A stretch of 64,000 nt of DNA, taken from contig ML992502.1 in the NCBI GenBank assembly GCA_010093995.1, forward strand, positions 2,240,728 through 2,304,727, given 5' to 3'. Below the pieces are notes generated by a model. The model was not told where the DNA came from and made no database searches. It was given only the letters and a program-made list of their open reading frames with translations. The translations under genes and the position numbers were made by a program. The DNA is from Elsinoe ampelina (Eukaryota). Below are positions 24,767-36,507 of the stretch, in pieces (within the stretch, counting starts at the first letter, position 1; each line of letters opens with the position of its first letter).

Positions 24767-25544
24767 GTGGCTGGCTGAAAGGGTATTATTATTACCAAGC
24801 TGGCTTCAGCATGGCGAGGCGTTTTGGGTAGGGTCATCGCACGACTGCAGAAGATTAGTAGACAGCCTGGAATTGAGCAATCACGAATCACCTGGCTTCT
24901 GTGCCTACAACCTCATCTACTACGCATGTCACAGCATCTTTTTTACCAAGGGTATATATTATTTCTCACCCCGCCAAGCCCTCAAGCTGTAATGGCTCCG
25001 AGAGAAATCCTCACCTTCACGCGCGAGGTTCCCTTTCCACTCCAACGAAGGTTGCCCAGTTCGATCGCGGTGTCGGCCTTCGAATCCCGGCGGAGTAATC
25101 CCTGGACGAATTCGAGTCCGAAGTTGCGGATACCCTTCAGCTCGGCAACGAGGCAGAGAGTCCGCAGGCATGGTGAGGCGGCGCTGGATTACAGCCGTCG
25201 TTGGCGGGAGCTGGTGTGCGTGAGCTGGGTTGGGGTGACTCTTTTGCTCCGGAAAGGGAAGGTACGCCAAGCTTTTTGCTCTGCGCTGCAGACTTCACGG
25301 TTGTGATGTCCTCTAATAATGCGTCCTTCGTCGTGATAGATACTCCGTCTTTCAGAGGGAAACTGTGTCGTACGGTGTGAGGCATGTTTCCCGCCATCTG
25401 GGAGTGTTGTCTCGACCGCGCACCCTTCACAGGCGAACCTCCTCGCAACAGGGTGAACACGTAGATATGTTGACCACAGGTAAATAGAACGTACATTCGC
25501 TTATCATCGTCGCTATATGGCCTATTCAGTGCCTAACCGGCATC

Positions 25545-26594
25545 ATGGTTGAGGAACCAAAGACGTCCCGGTGCAAAATGCTTCCTTCCCTCGCTTTGTC
25601 CTTGATAGAGTACACTCCCACATCCGCCTTACCCGGCATCTGGGCTTCACAGACGACATCTGCGTCGTCATCGCCCGGGTTCTCTGCGCTACCGGCGTAG
25701 TCTCCAGCGCACAAAATAAGTCATACCTTCCCCTCAACAGCAGACCAACCTGAAAGCACAGTCTACCACTACACTCGCCTTCTCGCCCCCACCGGCCTGC
25801 AAATCCACGATGCCGAATCCTTATTCTCCTGGAACTTTACCTTCATCTGGCAATACAACGCCAGCCTCGCCTTGACCAAATTCTCCATCCTCTTCCAACA
25901 CCGTCGCATGTTTCCCCTCCCAACCTTCCAATCCTGGCTGAAGATTCTCTTCGGCATCATGGCCATTTTCCGCCCTCTGGGTCCTCCTCGGCGGTGGTAT
26001 CGTCACCTGCTGGCCAGTGGCGTACTTCTGGACCCGCGTCAACCCCTGCGCTGGCCTGGGGCTACTGTCTAGAGGCACTACCTACGTTTTCTTCGTCGGC
26101 TGCCCTGAACATCTTGCTGATATTGCTCTCGCCCATCCCGGTCTTGGTCAAGATGCACCTCCCGTTCCGGCAGAAATTGTCGCTGCTCGTCCTGTTCACT
26201 GTGGGAGGTTCGCTTGAGCTCACCATCTCCGTGGTCAGATTGGTGGATCTTCACGAGCGCCGATCGCTCCAACGTATTCGATGTGGCGGCCAAATACTTT
26301 CCTCTGGGCGTATGGTCCTTGACCGAAGTCTCGGTCGGCATCATCTGCTCGTCCATACCAGCGCTCAAGCCGTTGATAGTGAAGGTGTTTCCCTCGTTTG
26401 GGTCGTCGAGCAGCTGCAATAGTGGGCATAATGTCCATGGTATGACGCCTGAGATCCCGGATCGGCCGAGGGAGAAGGGAGTATCGGAAGGGGCCGATAC
26501 GCTGGAGACGGTTGAGACCGCGCAGAGCAAGAAAAGAGGGAAGGATAGTGAGGGCGCTATCAGCTTGCAGGGGTTCGTAGGGAGGCTGAATTAG
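25545..26594 (+). pseudogene. Frameshifted Pth11-like (fungal rhodopsin-domain) integral membrane protein pseudogene
   Basis: Family motifs are scattered over different frames: RHLGFTDDICVVIA, LTKFSILFQHRRMF, CWPVAYFW, PIPVLVKMHLPFRQKL, ISVVRL, WSLTEVSVGIICSSIPALKPL. A decayed intron at 25716-25761 has an ATAAGT donor. Confidence 0.8.
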
Positions 26595-27571
26595 GAAGGA
26601 TTCCCCGGAGCGGCGGATGCACAATGACCTTCCATCACGCACGATGAATGATTGGTTATTCGTTCTCCTCAGATGAAACCCTGGAAGTCATGGTAGCTTG
26701 TGACAGACTCTCTTGTGCATGTCGGTAAGGGTGGGTACGGTGGTCAGGGATTGCATCGGCGTCCAACATGATGTTGCCTCAGCCCATATGCCATGAACGC
26801 AGCAGGCAGTCGTGTCATGATTGTATGACGACTCCTATGGCACACACACGATCGACCTCTACATCGCAATTTCGGCCGCCTGTCGTTAAGCGCTGCAGGC
26901 CGCCTACGCTTCACCGGTTGCAGCGGCGCAGCATCTGCATGTTTCAAGGTTACACAGCCTCGATATGTGACTCCTCAGGCAGGAATAAGGCGCGCGGCAA
27001 ACGAGAGTTGGCGAACGAGAAGACATGAATGGACGTTATCTTGTTTGAAGAGAATTTACGATGGCGATTCGAGTGGAAAATGATTCATGAAGGTATTCGA
27101 CGCTGCAAGAAGGTGGCATAGCTAGACGCTCACAATGCTTATAAGAAGACCATGACCCATCACCTTCATGCTCTGAGATAACCAGCATCTCAACAACCAC
27201 AGCCTTCACCAGTCCGGAATCCACCACACACGGGCAATAGGCCAAAGATCGGACTCCAAGAGTAAGAGAGCCACGGCCCTTCTGATCTGAAAGCTGACAG
27301 GTACAGAATGTGTCAAACGTCAGTCTCAACCACGCTCTGGACATGCGGCCACCGGACGCAGCAGTTCCTCGCCACGGTCATGTGCGCCGCTGCACAACGG
27401 AACAGACGTCCATGTCCTCAGCCGAGAATTCAGCACACCGGTTCCACACGAGCTAGGACCAAGTGCCCTAGGTGCAGAGTGCGTTGAAGCCCATATCGGG
27501 GGTTGCAAGAGCCGTACCGAACGGAGGACTGGCCAGGGGTCGTGAATGGATGGAAGCAAGCTTAGATAGTA

Positions 27572-28408
27572 CTACTGAATGGAAACATCAAACATGGTCT
27601 TGAGATCGTTCGCTGAGTCGATGCTTATGTTCCAGCATGCTTGCATCAGAGAGTGAAACATCAAGTGGTCCGTCGCGGGAAACTTCTTCTGAGCATACAG
27701 CCTCTCCACCTCCTCGTCGTGCAACGCGGCGTAAGGCTGCACCCCAGTGACGATTTCGTAAATGGTTGACCCGAGCGCGAAGAGGTCCGTCGCGATTGTT
27801 GGAGGATCCTCCCACTTCCGAGGCAGGAAATGACGGGCGCTTTCGACTGCTGTACCGACTCGATCTGGTGTTGATGAGCCGGAGAAATCGGTGATGCGTA
27901 GACGGAGTTGGGCGTCGACAAGGAAATTCTCGGCTTTCAAATCTGAATGTATCACGTCGTGAGTGTGTAGAAGGTCGACACTTTCGAGAGCGTCTTGGAC
28001 CCATTGACGCCTTTGCTCGTCCGTGATTGTGGCTTCGTTCTTGCGGAGGTAGCGCTTCAGGTTGCCATTTGGGACGTACTCCATGGTTAAGCCGACGTGA
28101 GGATCGAAATATATGACCCTCAGAAGGCGTGGATGGGAGCCAAGAATTTTGTAGATTCTGTACTCGCTGGCGATGTCTTGCAGGCAACCATCTCGGTCAG
28201 GTGAGTCGGGATATGGGCACTTCCTTGCGTAGCCGCTTTCCAGAAGCTCTACTCGACCGGTGCAGCCTCCATAGATGATCTTGGTGTCTCCGTCATAGTA
28301 GAAGCCGGTTCCAGGCTCGAGTTCGTCGTCACTGGATTGTGTTGGCTCGTTGGCAATGATAAACGGCCGTTCCAAGCCAGTGACAGGATCCTCAACAGTG
28401 TAATCCAT
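27572..28408 (-). CDS. Atypical fungal protein kinase-like protein
   Basis: Intronless. EYRIYKILG, MEYVPNGNL, IHSDLKAENFLV (catalytic loop), ITDFSGS (DFG variant), TDLFALGSTIYEIVTGVQPY, ACW. Confidence 0.9.
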   Translation of the reverse strand: MDYTVEDPVTGLERPFIIANEPTQSSDDELEPGTGFYYDGDTKIIYGGCTGRVELLESGYARKCPYPDSPDRDGCLQDIASEYRIYKILGSHPRLLRVIYFDPHVGLTMEYVPNGNLKRYLRKNEATITDEQRRQWVQDALESVDLLHTHDVIHSDLKAENFLVDAQLRLRITDFSGSSTPDRVGTAVESARHFLPRKWEDPPTIATDLFALGSTIYEIVTGVQPYAALHDEEVERLYAQKKFPATDHLMFHSLMQACWNISIDSANDLKTMFDVSIQ

Positions 28409-28921
28409 GACGGTCTCACTTCGGAGAGGCGATAAGAGTCATACGAGAACGTACGAGAAAGAGTTTCTATGACAGTGTAAAAGAGATCCTGGCTGGTGGC
28501 ACAGTTGCAAATTTGAGATATCATTGGTCGTCCGAGCACAAGTCTCTACATGCTCAAGCGCCGAAGGACCTCAGCTCACCTTGTATGGCGCCAAAAAAAG
28601 TGCCTCGTCACACCCTTATCCAAAGCTGCCGTGCATGATGAAACCGCTCGAGATTCACGCCTTACAGGTGCAGTGCTTGGGACGAAATTAAGAATAAAAA
28701 GGCTTCACCCAGCAGATCTGAGACACCGTACACAAGTCATCTGCTGAGTTTGGGTTATGAGTAACCGTAGTCCCATCCATCTCAAATTATTTCGGCGTAG
28801 ACAAGAAGCAGGAGGTGGCGGCATGTGTATGGAGCGCAGATTGTTACTGAAGCATCTCACAGACTCATGATATCTTTTCATCACCAGGTAGATAGGGGAG
28901 GAATGTACTGATGCTACGATC

Positions 28922-29743
28922 CTACAGATGTTGACAGGGCTTCGTTTCGGGTTTCCAGCAACCGTGAAAGCTCGATGCTTCGGCAGCGGAGGGCCTGGTT
29001 GGAAGTTTATGCTCTTCAGAACGCTGTACTTGACGACCTCTGTCGTTGTCGGCCTCGAGAGGCAAGCTAGACTTTGTGAGAAGTGGCGGACCGGGGGCAT
29101 CAGCTGCTGTGAGTGGCGTGTTGATGGTAGAGGGGTTGATGATGGACCGATCCATTGTCTGCACATCAATTCCATTCTCCCTCTCACTAGCTTCGCTGTC
29201 TTCGCCTTCTCGCTCTTCCGGCTGATCGATTTGTTGTGCCACTTCCTGTGCTGCATGTTCCCGAGCTCGGCGAGCAGCCTCACGGGCAGCCTGGGCGTGA
29301 TGCCGCTTCTTTGCGAAGATGATGAACACTTGTATGGCACAATTCCCGTGATGCATCTCAGGCTTGCTATCGTCGTCGTATCGAAAATGATCTGCGAACC
29401 ATGGAGGTGGTCCTCCAGGATGGCGATCTAGGAAAAGCGACGGGTTGTCCTCAATGAGACGATTGGCCACTCGTGTTCGTGCTCGTAGGGCTAGATCCGT
29501 ATGACCTAGAGCTGGAGCGCCAGGTGGCCTTGGGCGGAAGATTTCAGGCTCTGTAATAAGAGCCTGCCACGTCAATTGCACAGCTTCGTCGAGCTCGTCC
29601 TCCGTCCAGGCAAAGAAGTTCAGCCAAAATGCATCCTTGATACTCTTATCTCGAAGTGTACCACGCACACTCATACTTGTCCAGTTCGCTGGCCTGTGCA
29701 GGTCTGCGAAGTAGTCATTATAATGCTGAGCCGTGGTCGACAT
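28922..29743 (-). CDS. Orphan family member, module A only plus charged/disordered tail
   Basis: PANWT..VR..L, FFAWTEDELDEA..TWQAL, RHPGGPPPWF and CAIQVF align with the N-termini of the ORFs at 46094 and 48115. Confidence 0.75.
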   Translation of the reverse strand: MSTTAQHYNDYFADLHRPANWTSMSVRGTLRDKSIKDAFWLNFFAWTEDELDEAVQLTWQALITEPEIFRPRPPGAPALGHTDLALRARTRVANRLIEDNPSLFLDRHPGGPPPWFADHFRYDDDSKPEMHHGNCAIQVFIIFAKKRHHAQAAREAARRAREHAAQEVAQQIDQPEEREGEDSEASERENGIDVQTMDRSIINPSTINTPLTAADAPGPPLLTKSSLPLEADNDRGRQVQRSEEHKLPTRPSAAEASSFHGCWKPETKPCQHL

Positions 29744-30123
29744 GTTGGTAGCCAAGACAAGAGTTTGCGGTGAGGAAGGAGTGGAAAAGGAACTTCCAGG
29801 TTGCTCTTTTCAATTGGTCACATCGATTGACAAGGCAAGAGCGAAATTTAAGTGTGTTTTCTCTTTGTGAAGCTGCAGCGCGAATTAGCCAATAGCAGTA
29901 GGTGTGAGAAGCGCTCGTCTTACATTCATGATGCTGCTGTGATGATCATCCGAAGCACCTGCAAGTAGCCACCAATGACAGTTCTCCGCTATCCTACCAG
30001 CCCAACCTCGCTGGCTTTTCGTGAGCTCGCTCTGTGTCCGATCTACTCTGCGGTGCGACGACGACCACGTCTCACCTGCACCGTAGCTCCCTCTCGTATG
30101 GCACATCCATCAGCTGTTCTGCA

Positions 30124-30600
30124 TCAGTATAGCTCTTCAAATACTAGTATCAATTCCAGCATACCCCTATACTCCTTGGGCACCAGCCTGACCAACGACT
30201 TGTCCATTACGAAGAGGCACACGTCGGGGATCTCCTCGGTCGCCTCGAGGTACTTTGCGTCGTACTGCTCCTCGAGGGCGTTCTTGAGCTTGGCCCAGGT
30301 GATGATGTTGACGGCAACGTGGGCCGCACTGGTGTCGTAGCCGATGACCCTCATGTCATCGTCGTACTCATCTAAGGTCTCGCGGACGATGTACTGCTCC
30401 ACCGTCTGCTTGTCGTTAGTCTTCGATGGTGGCCCTACTCGAGGTCGATTGCTTACCTCGTTCGTTAACTCCTCCGCTACCTTGGCCTTGTCAACAAGGT
30501 CGACTACCCGGTAGGACCTCTCACGCTGGAAGTTGAGGGTCTCACCGTCGAGGGTGACGTGCACGATGAACACGGTCGCGGTGCTCTCCATCAAGGTCAT
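30124..30600 (-). CDS. Orphan family member, module B only
   Basis: CACAATG start context. YDTSAAH..I..LKNALEEQYDA..LFVMDKSL..VPKEYRGM aligns with the ORF at 50810 and the C-termini of 46094 and 48115. Confidence 0.75.
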   Translation of the reverse strand: MTLMESTATVFIVHVTLDGETLNFQRERSYRVVDLVDKAKVAEELTNEVSNRPRVGPPSKTNDKQTVEQYIVRETLDEYDDDMRVIGYDTSAAHVAVNIITWAKLKNALEEQYDAKYLEATEEIPDVCLFVMDKSLVRLVPKEYRGMLELILVFEELY

Positions 30601-31000
30601 TGTGGATGCTGGTAGTTTTTAGGCTTGTCGAGCTTGTTCAAGAGCGATATGAGGTTGGCGAGAGCCGCTTGAGGAATGAACGATAAGGTGAGGCGTGATA
30701 CGGAAGTAGGAGAAGTGCTGTGAATCCACGAAGGCGCAATTGGAAAGATTCACGGGGGGCTGGTCGCGTCCGCGACGGCAATTTGCTGCGCGCAGATCTT
30801 CCACGAAAACAGCGACCGCCTGTCACATGCAACGAAAGTGAGAGAAAGCTATACTCATCTCTCCAGAGGTGCCTATACCCTCGACATGCCAATTGTGGTC
30901 GTCCTGACTTGATATGCAAAGGGGTGCCCAGCAGAGAACAGGCATTGCAAAGACTTTTCATATACGGAAGATGAGCCTCCTGGCCGAAACTCACATCTGC

Positions 31001-33709
31001 TTATTTCCTCCGTGATGGCCGTGCGTTCTTCTCCTTCCTCTTGGCCTGCTGCGCTCTGAGCTTTCTTACGTCTTCCACACCTCGCAGCTCGCCCTTCCCT
31101 CCTTTCTTCCCTCTTCCAGCCGGCGCCGTTGTCCCTGCCTTCTCCTTCGCCTCAGCGAGGTGTTTCTTCCTCTTATAATAGTCGTCTCTGTACTTATCTG
31201 CCTCCTTCGGCGCTTTGGTCTGCTTGTGTCGATATCTCCCTCCTTCAGACCCGAAGCGCATGCCTGACTTTTCCTGCTCTCCAACCTTAGGTAGTGCAGA
31301 GACTCGATTCGCCTTCTTCCATCGGTCGAACCGACCACTCTTCATGCTTGCCGGCAATTTGTTACCGCTTTCACCGCGAATCATGCCGCCTTTACCCTCC
31401 CCGGCGCGAGATCCATCCAAATCATTGGCACGAGCCACGTAACGTTTGCTCTTCTTGTCCCAGCGGAGACCAGTGGGTTTTGATGCCAGCGCGAAAGAAG
31501 AAGACTCGTCTGCATTGAGGTCGAGTGTAGCGGATTGAGCGGCAGTGACGAAGTTCGAAGACGAAGGATTGACCGAGTAACCTGCATCTTCTTGCATGTT
31601 GATCGAGGTCGGCAGGTAACCCATGAAGTGTTCAGAGTCTTGGAAGGAGGAAGTATTCGAGTTCTTGCTCTTCTTGGACGAAGGTTGAGAAATGGTGACT
31701 TCGAGTTCGGAGTCGGATGCTTCGTCGAAGGGCAGATCAGCCGAGTTGGCATCTTCGTTCGGTCTCGAACTCAAGCTCAACGACACGTCAGGGTCTGGTC
31801 CGTCCACGGTATCCTCTGCGTCGTCTTGTCTTCTGGCCATCGACTTGATCCTTTGTCGCCTTTTCTTAATCACTTCGGTTGCCTCGCTGATATGGCCCCT
31901 CCTCCCAATCTCAAATATGGTCTCTTGCGGCCGGAATCCACTGACTCGAGCCAGCATCTCTTCCCGCTGGATATCAAGATTCACGTCGATGGACTCTTCG
32001 AACAATGAGTGCAGCTCTCGAAGATGCGTCGAGCTTGAGACAGCCTTGGATCGCTTTGCGCTCTCGGCCGAAGCAGAGTTACGAGTTCGGAGATATTGCT
32101 TTTCGCCCTTTTGAGATACCTCTTTTTGTGCATAGATGTCGTCGTCTTCGTCTACAAGCTTGGTGACTTCCTCAATATTTCGTTCCAGAGCAGATCGAGA
32201 GAGACTCCCGACCGAGATATCGTTGTGATAGTTGATATTACCTGCAGTCTCACGGCCAAGTATCAAGTTTCCACCCAGGAAGAGCTGCAAGTCAAGCAGA
32301 TAAGGAAGATCTGATTGAGTGACCAAATTGTAGCTCCACCCCTGCTTCCCTGCACGAGCAGTACGACCAACGCGGTGAATGAATACCTTTGGCTGAGGTG
32401 GAAAGTCATAGTTGATGACGTTTGCCAGAATTGGTATGTCGATACCTCGAGCCGCAACGTCTGTGACAACCAGAATGTTGGTCATGCCGGTCCGGAAATC
32501 ATCGACTTGCATTTTCCGAGCAGTCTGATCAAGTGAGCCATAGACATATGAGGTAGCGAATCCGACTTTCTTGAGTAGAGCAGCCAGATAGTCCACGTGA
32601 TGCTTTGTTGAAGCGAATACGATGGTTGAATGAGCCGTTGGTGTCTCTCTCGCACTCGGGCGGTCTTGACCACGCTTCCTCTTCTTGCTGTCCTCCTGCT
32701 CGGATGCTTTGTTCTTAAGTGCAGCAGCAGTCGGCCCCGAGGGCATCTTGATCACGTCCCGGAGAATGTGAACCAACGCTCCTTCTTTCTCTCCAGAGTT
32801 GATCATGAAGAATGCGCTTTGCAGGTCTGGCGAGATCTTGGTCTCCGAATCCAGACGCACCAGCTTTGGCTCTTGCAGACCTGCCCGGGCGAATTCGACA
32901 AGAGATTTGGGGAGGGTCGCTGAGAATAGTAAAGTCTGTCGAGAAGGTGGGAGGGAGTGGATAATCTCGGTGAGCTGCGCAGCGAAGCCCATCTCGAAAA
33001 GTCTGTCTGCTTCATCGAAGACGACATACTTGACAGATGACAACTCGAGTCCCATCTCAACCTTCAAGTGCTCGAACCGACCAGGGGTGGCAATGATAAT
33101 GTCCGGATTCGACGCCATGGACCCGAACTGCTCCTCCAGGCTGTCACCTCCAACGAGAAGCACTGTCCTCAGATCTGTACCCTTTCCAAGCTCTTTCACT
33201 ACTTTTAACGTCTGCAAAGCCAACTCTCTAGAAGGCGACAGAATAACCGCTCTCGCTCCAACCCTCGCACTATGAGCCTTGAGCTTCTCCAGCATGGGTA
33301 TCACGAAGGCAGCTGTCTTCCCTGACCCAGTCCTCGCCATACCCACCACATCCTGACCATCGAGAATCACTGGTATCGTTTTGCGCTGAATCGGTGTCGG
33401 AACATTGAATCCTTTGCGGGTGATCGCGGACAGTAATTTGCCATTCAGACCAAAGCTCTGAAAGCTGCCGCCCTTCTTCGAATTTGATTGCTTCGCATTC
33501 TTCCGGTTACTCGCTGCTTGCTTTGCAGCGATGAAAGCGTCGTCCGAGTCAGAAGCATTCTCGAGATCCTGGATTGCCAGAGTGCTAGACTTTCCATTTA
33601 CAGGTGCCGTCTGAGTTGTATCGTCCTCGACATCGGATGATCCTGCTAGAGCGCCGGCAATGTCGAACCCGCCCGCTGAGAGAGCGGGAGAAGCGCTTCG
33701 ACCACGCAT
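31001..33709 (-). CDS. DBP10: DEAD-box RNA helicase DBP10/DDX54
   Basis: [45 protein letters not shown], and the DBP10 C-terminal block ([30 protein letters not shown]). Confidence 0.96.
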   Translation of the reverse strand: MRGRSASPALSAGGFDIAGALAGSSDVEDDTTQTAPVNGKSSTLAIQDLENASDSDDAFIAAKQAASNRKNAKQSNSKKGGSFQSFGLNGKLLSAITRKGFNVPTPIQRKTIPVILDGQDVVGMARTGSGKTAAFVIPMLEKLKAHSARVGARAVILSPSRELALQTLKVVKELGKGTDLRTVLLVGGDSLEEQFGSMASNPDIIIATPGRFEHLKVEMGLELSSVKYVVFDEADRLFEMGFAAQLTEIIHSLPPSRQTLLFSATLPKSLVEFARAGLQEPKLVRLDSETKISPDLQSAFFMINSGEKEGALVHILRDVIKMPSGPTAAALKNKASEQEDSKKRKRGQDRPSARETPTAHSTIVFASTKHHVDYLAALLKKVGFATSYVYGSLDQTARKMQVDDFRTGMTNILVVTDVAARGIDIPILANVINYDFPPQPKVFIHRVGRTARAGKQGWSYNLVTQSDLPYLLDLQLFLGGNLILGRETAGNINYHNDISVGSLSRSALERNIEEVTKLVDEDDDIYAQKEVSQKGEKQYLRTRNSASAESAKRSKAVSSSTHLRELHSLFEESIDVNLDIQREEMLARVSGFRPQETIFEIGRRGHISEATEVIKKRRQRIKSMARRQDDAEDTVDGPDPDVSLSLSSRPNEDANSADLPFDEASDSELEVTISQPSSKKSKNSNTSSFQDSEHFMGYLPTSINMQEDAGYSVNPSSSNFVTAAQSATLDLNADESSSFALASKPTGLRWDKKSKRYVARANDLDGSRAGEGKGGMIRGESGNKLPASMKSGRFDRWKKANRVSALPKVGEQEKSGMRFGSEGGRYRHKQTKAPKEADKYRDDYYKRKKHLAEAKEKAGTTAPAGRGKKGGKGELRGVEDVRKLRAQQAKRKEKNARPSRRK

Positions 33710-34159
33710 TGTAACGAAGAAGGTTGGCTACCGGTATGTGAATGTTGCATGCTAGCAGCACAGGACGATGTCAAAAGCCCAGTAAGGAGTGCATTCATGT
33801 GAACCCGGTATAATCCTTAGGACGACCGCGGTCAAGTTTGCTATGGATTTCTGGTGGGTCCAGGAATTTTTCGGGAACGACGTCGATCTAAGCGGCTCTG
33901 CAGCACTATATGCGGCTCTGCGGACGTAGCCGAAGAGTAAAGTCCGAAGACCGAGCTCTTTCCAATCATTGCCGAGCATTTGTCATTTCAACGGAAAGCT
34001 GTTAGCTGTAGTTATATGATCGGGCATCGGCAAGTAAATGCAAAACGTTTAGGGCTATCTAGATACTTTGTTCAGACACGGCACAACATTTGTATCTTAG
34101 CCGATTTATCTTTGCGATATAAACATCAACGATTTCTCCTCCATAGCCGAGTCTCATGC

Positions 34160-34858
34160 ATGAGCTTCGCTGCTAGATCCTCGTTCAGCGCTGTTCGCCG
34201 CTCCCAGCAGCTGACCCGATTACGACGTCTCCAGCCATCACTCAAGGATCGACCAGTCCAAGTCCGAACAAGTATGTCTACAGCCGCCGAAAGCCCGGTA
34301 GGCAGCGTGTCTGCGCCACCATGCGAGGTGCCCCAGGTGGCTCCGGTCACCGTAGAAGCCAAACTGCCACCTCTCTCGGATCGAGATTACAAGCTCTATA
34401 ACAGACTTGCCGAGCAAATGGACATGTACCACAACTATTTCCGGCAGTCCTGGAACATGCTGTATAAATCTTGCGAAGCCGGCAAACGTGCCAATGGACA
34501 GTCCATTCGGGCCTTTCTCAACACTGGTCTACAATTCTGCGAGCATCTCGAGTTCCATCATGGTATCGAGGAAGCAAAAGTGTTCCCCATGCTTGGACGA
34601 AAGATGCCAGCGTTCCGCAACAAGGACGAGCTCCTCGGACAGCACAAGCAGATCCACAAGGGCCTAGACAAGATGCAAAAGTATGTTGTAGAATGTGATT
34701 CCGGTGAGCGGGAGTTGAGGCTGAGCGAATTAAAGGAGATCATGGACTCCTTTGGAAAAGTCTTGTGGGAGCACCTAGACGATGAAGTCCGGACGCTGGG
34801 AGCCGAGAACATGAGAACCTTCTGGACCAAGGAGGAGATGCAACGATTATACCTGTAA
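34160..34858 (+). CDS. Hemerythrin HHE cation-binding domain protein
   Basis: MDMYHNYFR, HLEFHHGIEEAKVFP, QHKQIHKGL, LWEHLDDEVRTLGAENMR. The Arg/Ser-rich leader could be a mitochondrial presequence. Alternative ATG at 34274. Confidence 0.85.
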   Translation: MSFAARSSFSAVRRSQQLTRLRRLQPSLKDRPVQVRTSMSTAAESPVGSVSAPPCEVPQVAPVTVEAKLPPLSDRDYKLYNRLAEQMDMYHNYFRQSWNMLYKSCEAGKRANGQSIRAFLNTGLQFCEHLEFHHGIEEAKVFPMLGRKMPAFRNKDELLGQHKQIHKGLDKMQKYVVECDSGERELRLSELKEIMDSFGKVLWEHLDDEVRTLGAENMRTFWTKEEMQRLYL

Positions 34859-34923
34859 AGTGGCAAAGCTGGCTGGCTGATGGGTTTGGCATAGCGCGGG
34901 GTTGTTTAAGATAACAGAGAGCA

Positions 34924-36033
34924 TCAACGTGCGTTTCGAGCTCTTTTGAATTTGTCGTGCCACTTGCGCTTCCCAGTCGCTGTGGTTGGAATAATCGTCT
35001 CCGCAGTCGTCTCTGCACCGCCGGCCGCGCTAGAGAGTCGGATTTTGCCATCCTGCAAATTCTGTACCTTGACCTTGGAGGTGTCAGCCAAGAAACAACA
35101 ATCAAAGCCTGTACTCACCGGCAGATCACTGACAACTGCATCGCTTCTCCATTTCTCGGGTAAGAGGTTGTACCACTGCCGGACGTAGTCATCTTCTTCC
35201 ACCTCTACTAGATTATAGAGCAGTTGTGTACCTGTAAATTGGATCGTCCGTGTCTTGTCGAACGTGACAAGCCCATCTAAGGCTCCGTTGCTATTGATGT
35301 CTCGCAAGTGATTCACAATTGTGTGCATAAGCGCATCCGGCACGTCGTCTGAAGCTTCCATCCATGCTTGAAGATTCTCTTGCGATACAGACCCTGCCAG
35401 ATCGACACCATCAAGGACAGCACTCGACATGATGCTGGACCATGCTTTGACCAGAAGGCGTGGCGAAGGCCGGAAGCTTTGCTTCGGACTGCCAGTCTCA
35501 AATGCATAAAGACTTTGCCAGCCACGTTCGCATTCGCCTTCGGACAAAGGTATCTGGGAGAAGACATCAAGCTTACTCCGAGCCGGCATCTCCAGAGGCG
35601 AATTGTCCGTTCGTTCATCGTGAAAGATGGGAAGAAGGGCCTTGAGGGGAGCAATCGCATCACCATTAGCTTTGCCAGTGAGCTCCAGAGATGATCCGCA
35701 CTGTGCTATCGAGACCAAGCCAGCCACTGACCCGCCATCTTGCTCAGCGACTGAAGTTGGGGTAGTGATGTGCACCGAGTTAGATGTCTGTACCTGCCGA
35801 AGCTCGAACGTCTGGTTCGACGAGCAGAGCGCCGCATGTCCCGTGTCTGCTGACTTGAAATATAACCTACCATGATCAGGACGGTAGACCTGTGACACTG
35901 CGCACTGGACCTACATAGGTGGGTCTTGAGTTGCTAGCAGCTCCACAAGCTCAGCAGGCAATTCCATCAATCGGAATTGGTCCTGCTGTGCCGAGAGAAG
36001 CAGTGGGATCTGCATTTGAGATTCGGATGGCAT
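34924..36033 (-). CDS. DCC1: Sister chromatid cohesion protein DCC1 (Ctf18-RFC subunit), spliced
   Basis: Exon 1 FRLMELPAELVELL, intron 35867-35914, AALCSSNQTFELRQVQTSNS, W..LLPEKWR, intron about 35074-35118, and C-terminal RKWHDKFK. Confidence 0.88.
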
Positions 36034-36507
36034 TTTCGCGAATTGTTAGATGATTCGCAGGGTTGAGTGTAACGTGCGTGCAGTCTGAAGCTCGATATTC
36101 TGCTTTTGGGCGTTGCCCTTGGAGAGCTATATTTACCAACAGAAAAGCTTGGCGCGGTTTTCGCGTGGTGGCTCAACGTCAGCAAACGAACCCCGCCTTC
36201 GATATCACTATCTCAACAGTCCCGGCCGCGGATTTGTGACCTTCTATCTTCGCTAGCCAGATCATTGCTCTGATGACTTGAAGTTCGACGATCGGGTCTT
36301 CTTTCCTATCCTCCAAACAGCTTGGCCGGTCCTTGCGTCCTTCGCTCGCTACCTGCACCACTCCATTTGTTTTCACGCGTCAACATTGCATAGTCTGGAT
36401 TCAAGAGCTTCAAGCAGCATACCTTACGATCGTTCATGGACCTACCAAATCTGCATCCATAAAGCCAGCCCTACCCTTCGATCAGAGCGCCAGGAGCTAC
36501 CTCCAAT

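Noticed and set aside
24990..25100. tRNA-like TTCGAATCCCGGCGGAGT 3' end
   Set aside because: The T-stem does not pair properly, and no D-arm/A-box or anticodon arm can be built upstream.
28705..29340. 211-aa alternative-frame ORF as a frameshifted B module for the A-only gene
   Set aside because: It contains none of the module B motifs (DT..AH, AL..LY, VP..YRG).
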